A stretch of 64,000 nt of DNA, taken from positions 768,001 through 832,000 of the forward strand of contig CAXXKT010000001.1 in assembly GCA_963662405.2 (NCBI GenBank), given 5' to 3'. A program made the translations under genes and the position numbers. Of the stretch, positions 62,276-64,000 are shown in pieces. This DNA comes from Syntrophales bacterium (lineage in GTDB: Bacteria > Desulfobacterota > Syntrophia > Syntrophales > UBA2210). The notes beneath the pieces are model-generated. The model was not told the origin of the DNA, ran no database searches, and saw only the letters and a list, made by a program, of their open reading frames with translations. Every line of letters begins with the position of its first letter. Position 1 is the first letter of the stretch.

Positions 62276-63532
62276 ATGGGTGGGGAACATCAAATGCCGG
62301 ACAAGGTAAAACAATTGATGGAGAAGGGGGTTACCATCCCCAATCCTTCCTCGGTGAAAATCGGCGACGAGGTGGTGATGGAACGGATATCGGGGAGCGG
62401 GATCGTCCTGTACGGGGGGACAAAGCTGTACGGTGCCACGACACTGATCTGCGCGGGGACCGAATTGGGGTACGAGGCCCCGGTGACGGTTGTTGACTGC
62501 ACGATCGGGCGGGATGTCCGGTTGGCGGGAGGTTTTTTCAAGGGGTCGACCGTACTGGACGGTGTGCAGGTGACATCCGGTGCGCATGTCCGGGAGGGGT
62601 GTCTCCTCGAAGAGAACGTGCGGATCGGTCACACGGTCGGCCTGAAACAGACTATCCTCTTCCCCTTCGTTACCCTGGGGAGTCTGATCAATCTCTGCGA
62701 CTGTCTGATGTCCGGTGGGACGGGCAGGAAGAATCACAGCGAAGTGGGGAGTTCCTACATCCATTTCAACTACACGCCGAATCAGGACAAGGCCACCGCG
62801 TCCCTGATCGGGGATGTGCCGACCGGGGTGATGCTCGACCAGCCCCCGATCTTCCTGGGGGGACAGGGCGGATTGGTAGGACCGGTCCGGATCGGCCACG
62901 GGACCGTCATCGCGGCGGGGACCGTCTCCGGCACGGATTGTCCCGAAGGCGGGAAACTTCTCAAAAGGCGGAACGCCACCGCCTTTGAAACGGATTTCCA
63001 TCGGGGGCTGTATCGCGATGTCGACAGAAAAGTACGTAATAATATTTTTTACATCGCGCATCTCCTTGCCCTGAAACAGTGGTACATTCATGTCAGGACT
63101 CCGTTTTTCCAGGAATGGAAAAACGGGCGTGAATTGGTTGATGGGGCAATCAAGACACTGGAGGCGGCAATCTGGGAACGGGTGAAGCAGTTCGGCGCCT
63201 TTGCGGGGAAGCTGACGGAATCCGCGCGAATCGGAAGGAGTGCTCCGGGTATGGAGAAACACGACAGGGTCATCGCGCTGGAAGAGGGGATATCGGATGT
63301 CTGGCCATCGCTCGAGGCCGCCCTGACGCAGGGGCTGGAAGAATCCGTGGCCCTGGATGAGCGAGACCGCTTCCTGGTCTCGCTCAGGCATCAGCGGATC
63401 ACCGACGCGGGGTATCTGGAAACCATGCAGGCGCTGGACGAGCAAACCCGGGCTCTCGGAAGGACGTGGCTTCAGGAGATCGTCGACGAGATCTCGGAAG
63501 AGGCCTTCGCCATCGTGCCCCTGTGCCGGTGA
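62276..63532 (+). CDS. GlmU C-terminal-like left-handed beta-helix protein with helical extension
   Basis: LMEKGVTI, hexapeptide repeats, GAHVREG, HTVGLK; no nucleotidyltransferase domain. Confidence 0.7.
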   Translation: MGGEHQMPDKVKQLMEKGVTIPNPSSVKIGDEVVMERISGSGIVLYGGTKLYGATTLICAGTELGYEAPVTVVDCTIGRDVRLAGGFFKGSTVLDGVQVTSGAHVREGCLLEENVRIGHTVGLKQTILFPFVTLGSLINLCDCLMSGGTGRKNHSEVGSSYIHFNYTPNQDKATASLIGDVPTGVMLDQPPIFLGGQGGLVGPVRIGHGTVIAAGTVSGTDCPEGGKLLKRRNATAFETDFHRGLYRDVDRKVRNNIFYIAHLLALKQWYIHVRTPFFQEWKNGRELVDGAIKTLEAAIWERVKQFGAFAGKLTESARIGRSAPGMEKHDRVIALEEGISDVWPSLEAALTQGLEESVALDERDRFLVSLRHQRITDAGYLETMQALDEQTRALGRTWLQEIVDEISEEAFAIVPLCR

Positions 63533-63541
63533 CGGCGTTTA

Positions 63542-64000
63542 TTACGGGGCGTACGCCCCCGCCGGTACCCGGAGTTCAAACTGCACCGTTTCAAACGGGG
63601 CGGGGCCTGTATTGAATAATCGCTCAATAAATCTGACGGTTCCTTCATGATCAACGAGGATGACCGTAGACGAACGGGTTCCATATATGTCGCTCCGGAT
63701 GAAAACGGACGAGAGGAGCCGCTCCCATTCAATACCGATACCCGTATCCGGCAGCTCCCGGTCGTCGGGATGGGTCGTGTCCCCGAGGATGTCAAATATC
63801 TCGTCGGAAGACGGGTCCTGGCTTGACAACACACCGTCGAGGCGTGACCTCCCGCGCTCTACCTTCGGCCAGGGAGTGTCCAGCAGGTGGTTGCTGATCC
63901 CGTGTGTCCCCGGGAGTATCTCGCTGAAGACACCGGTCTTGTTCGAAAAATGAAAGAGCCCCTTCCCATCGCCCATCAGCAGGTTGAACCCGTTATACCG
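63542..64000 (-). CDS. NRDE/TANGO2-family protein (C-terminal part; start outside the window)
   Basis: YNGFNLL.GD, GISNHLLDTPWPK, LPDTG, YGTRSST. Confidence 0.9.
   Translation of the reverse strand, partial: RYNGFNLLMGDGKGLFHFSNKTGVFSEILPGTHGISNHLLDTPWPKVERGRSRLDGVLSSQDPSSDEIFDILGDTTHPDDRELPDTGIGIEWERLLSSVFIRSDIYGTRSSTVILVDHEGTVRFIERLFNTGPAPFETVQFELRVPAGAYAP

Noticed and set aside
60652..63445. 415-aa and 441-aa minus-strand ORFs
   Set aside because: Antisense shadows of mnmG and the GlmU-like gene
1..64000. CRISPR arrays, rRNA, intact tRNA/tmRNA, prophage, integrase
   Set aside because: No regularly spaced repeats, cloverleafs or hallmark genes seen by eye; a covariance-model scan would be needed to exclude small RNAs

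Overview
This is GC-rich, gene-dense chromosomal DNA from an anaerobic bacterium. The gene content suggests Desulfobacterota/Syntrophales, which is an inference. It carries about 55 CDS. Housekeeping genes include ftsK, rimO, uppP, ssb, tatA, rodZ-like, suhB, moaC, rarA, pdxST and mnmG. Acyl/aryl-CoA metabolism is represented by paaK+ACT, acyl-CoA ligases and a sigma54-driven CoA-transferase with twin solute-binding proteins. Also present are a two-gene Fe-S assembly unit (sufC/sufB type), two PAS-GGDEF cyclases, a polar amino-acid ABC transporter, a MoxR/VWA pair and several decayed genes. I saw no rRNA, intact tRNA, CRISPR array or intact mobile element. The strongest unannotated signal is a complete Trp-leader (WWW) attenuator with two related, cross-pairing terminators in front of a stand-alone trpB2. 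Other notable items: a Bacillus-type class IB terpene synthase, a TIGR01212 radical SAM gene head-to-head with mnmG, a promoter/terminator-bounded ~80-nt RNA, a YeeE-YeeE-MsrAB operon, and several 'collapsed' pseudogenes that keep only their N- and C-termini. All family calls come from motif recognition by eye, with no database searches.
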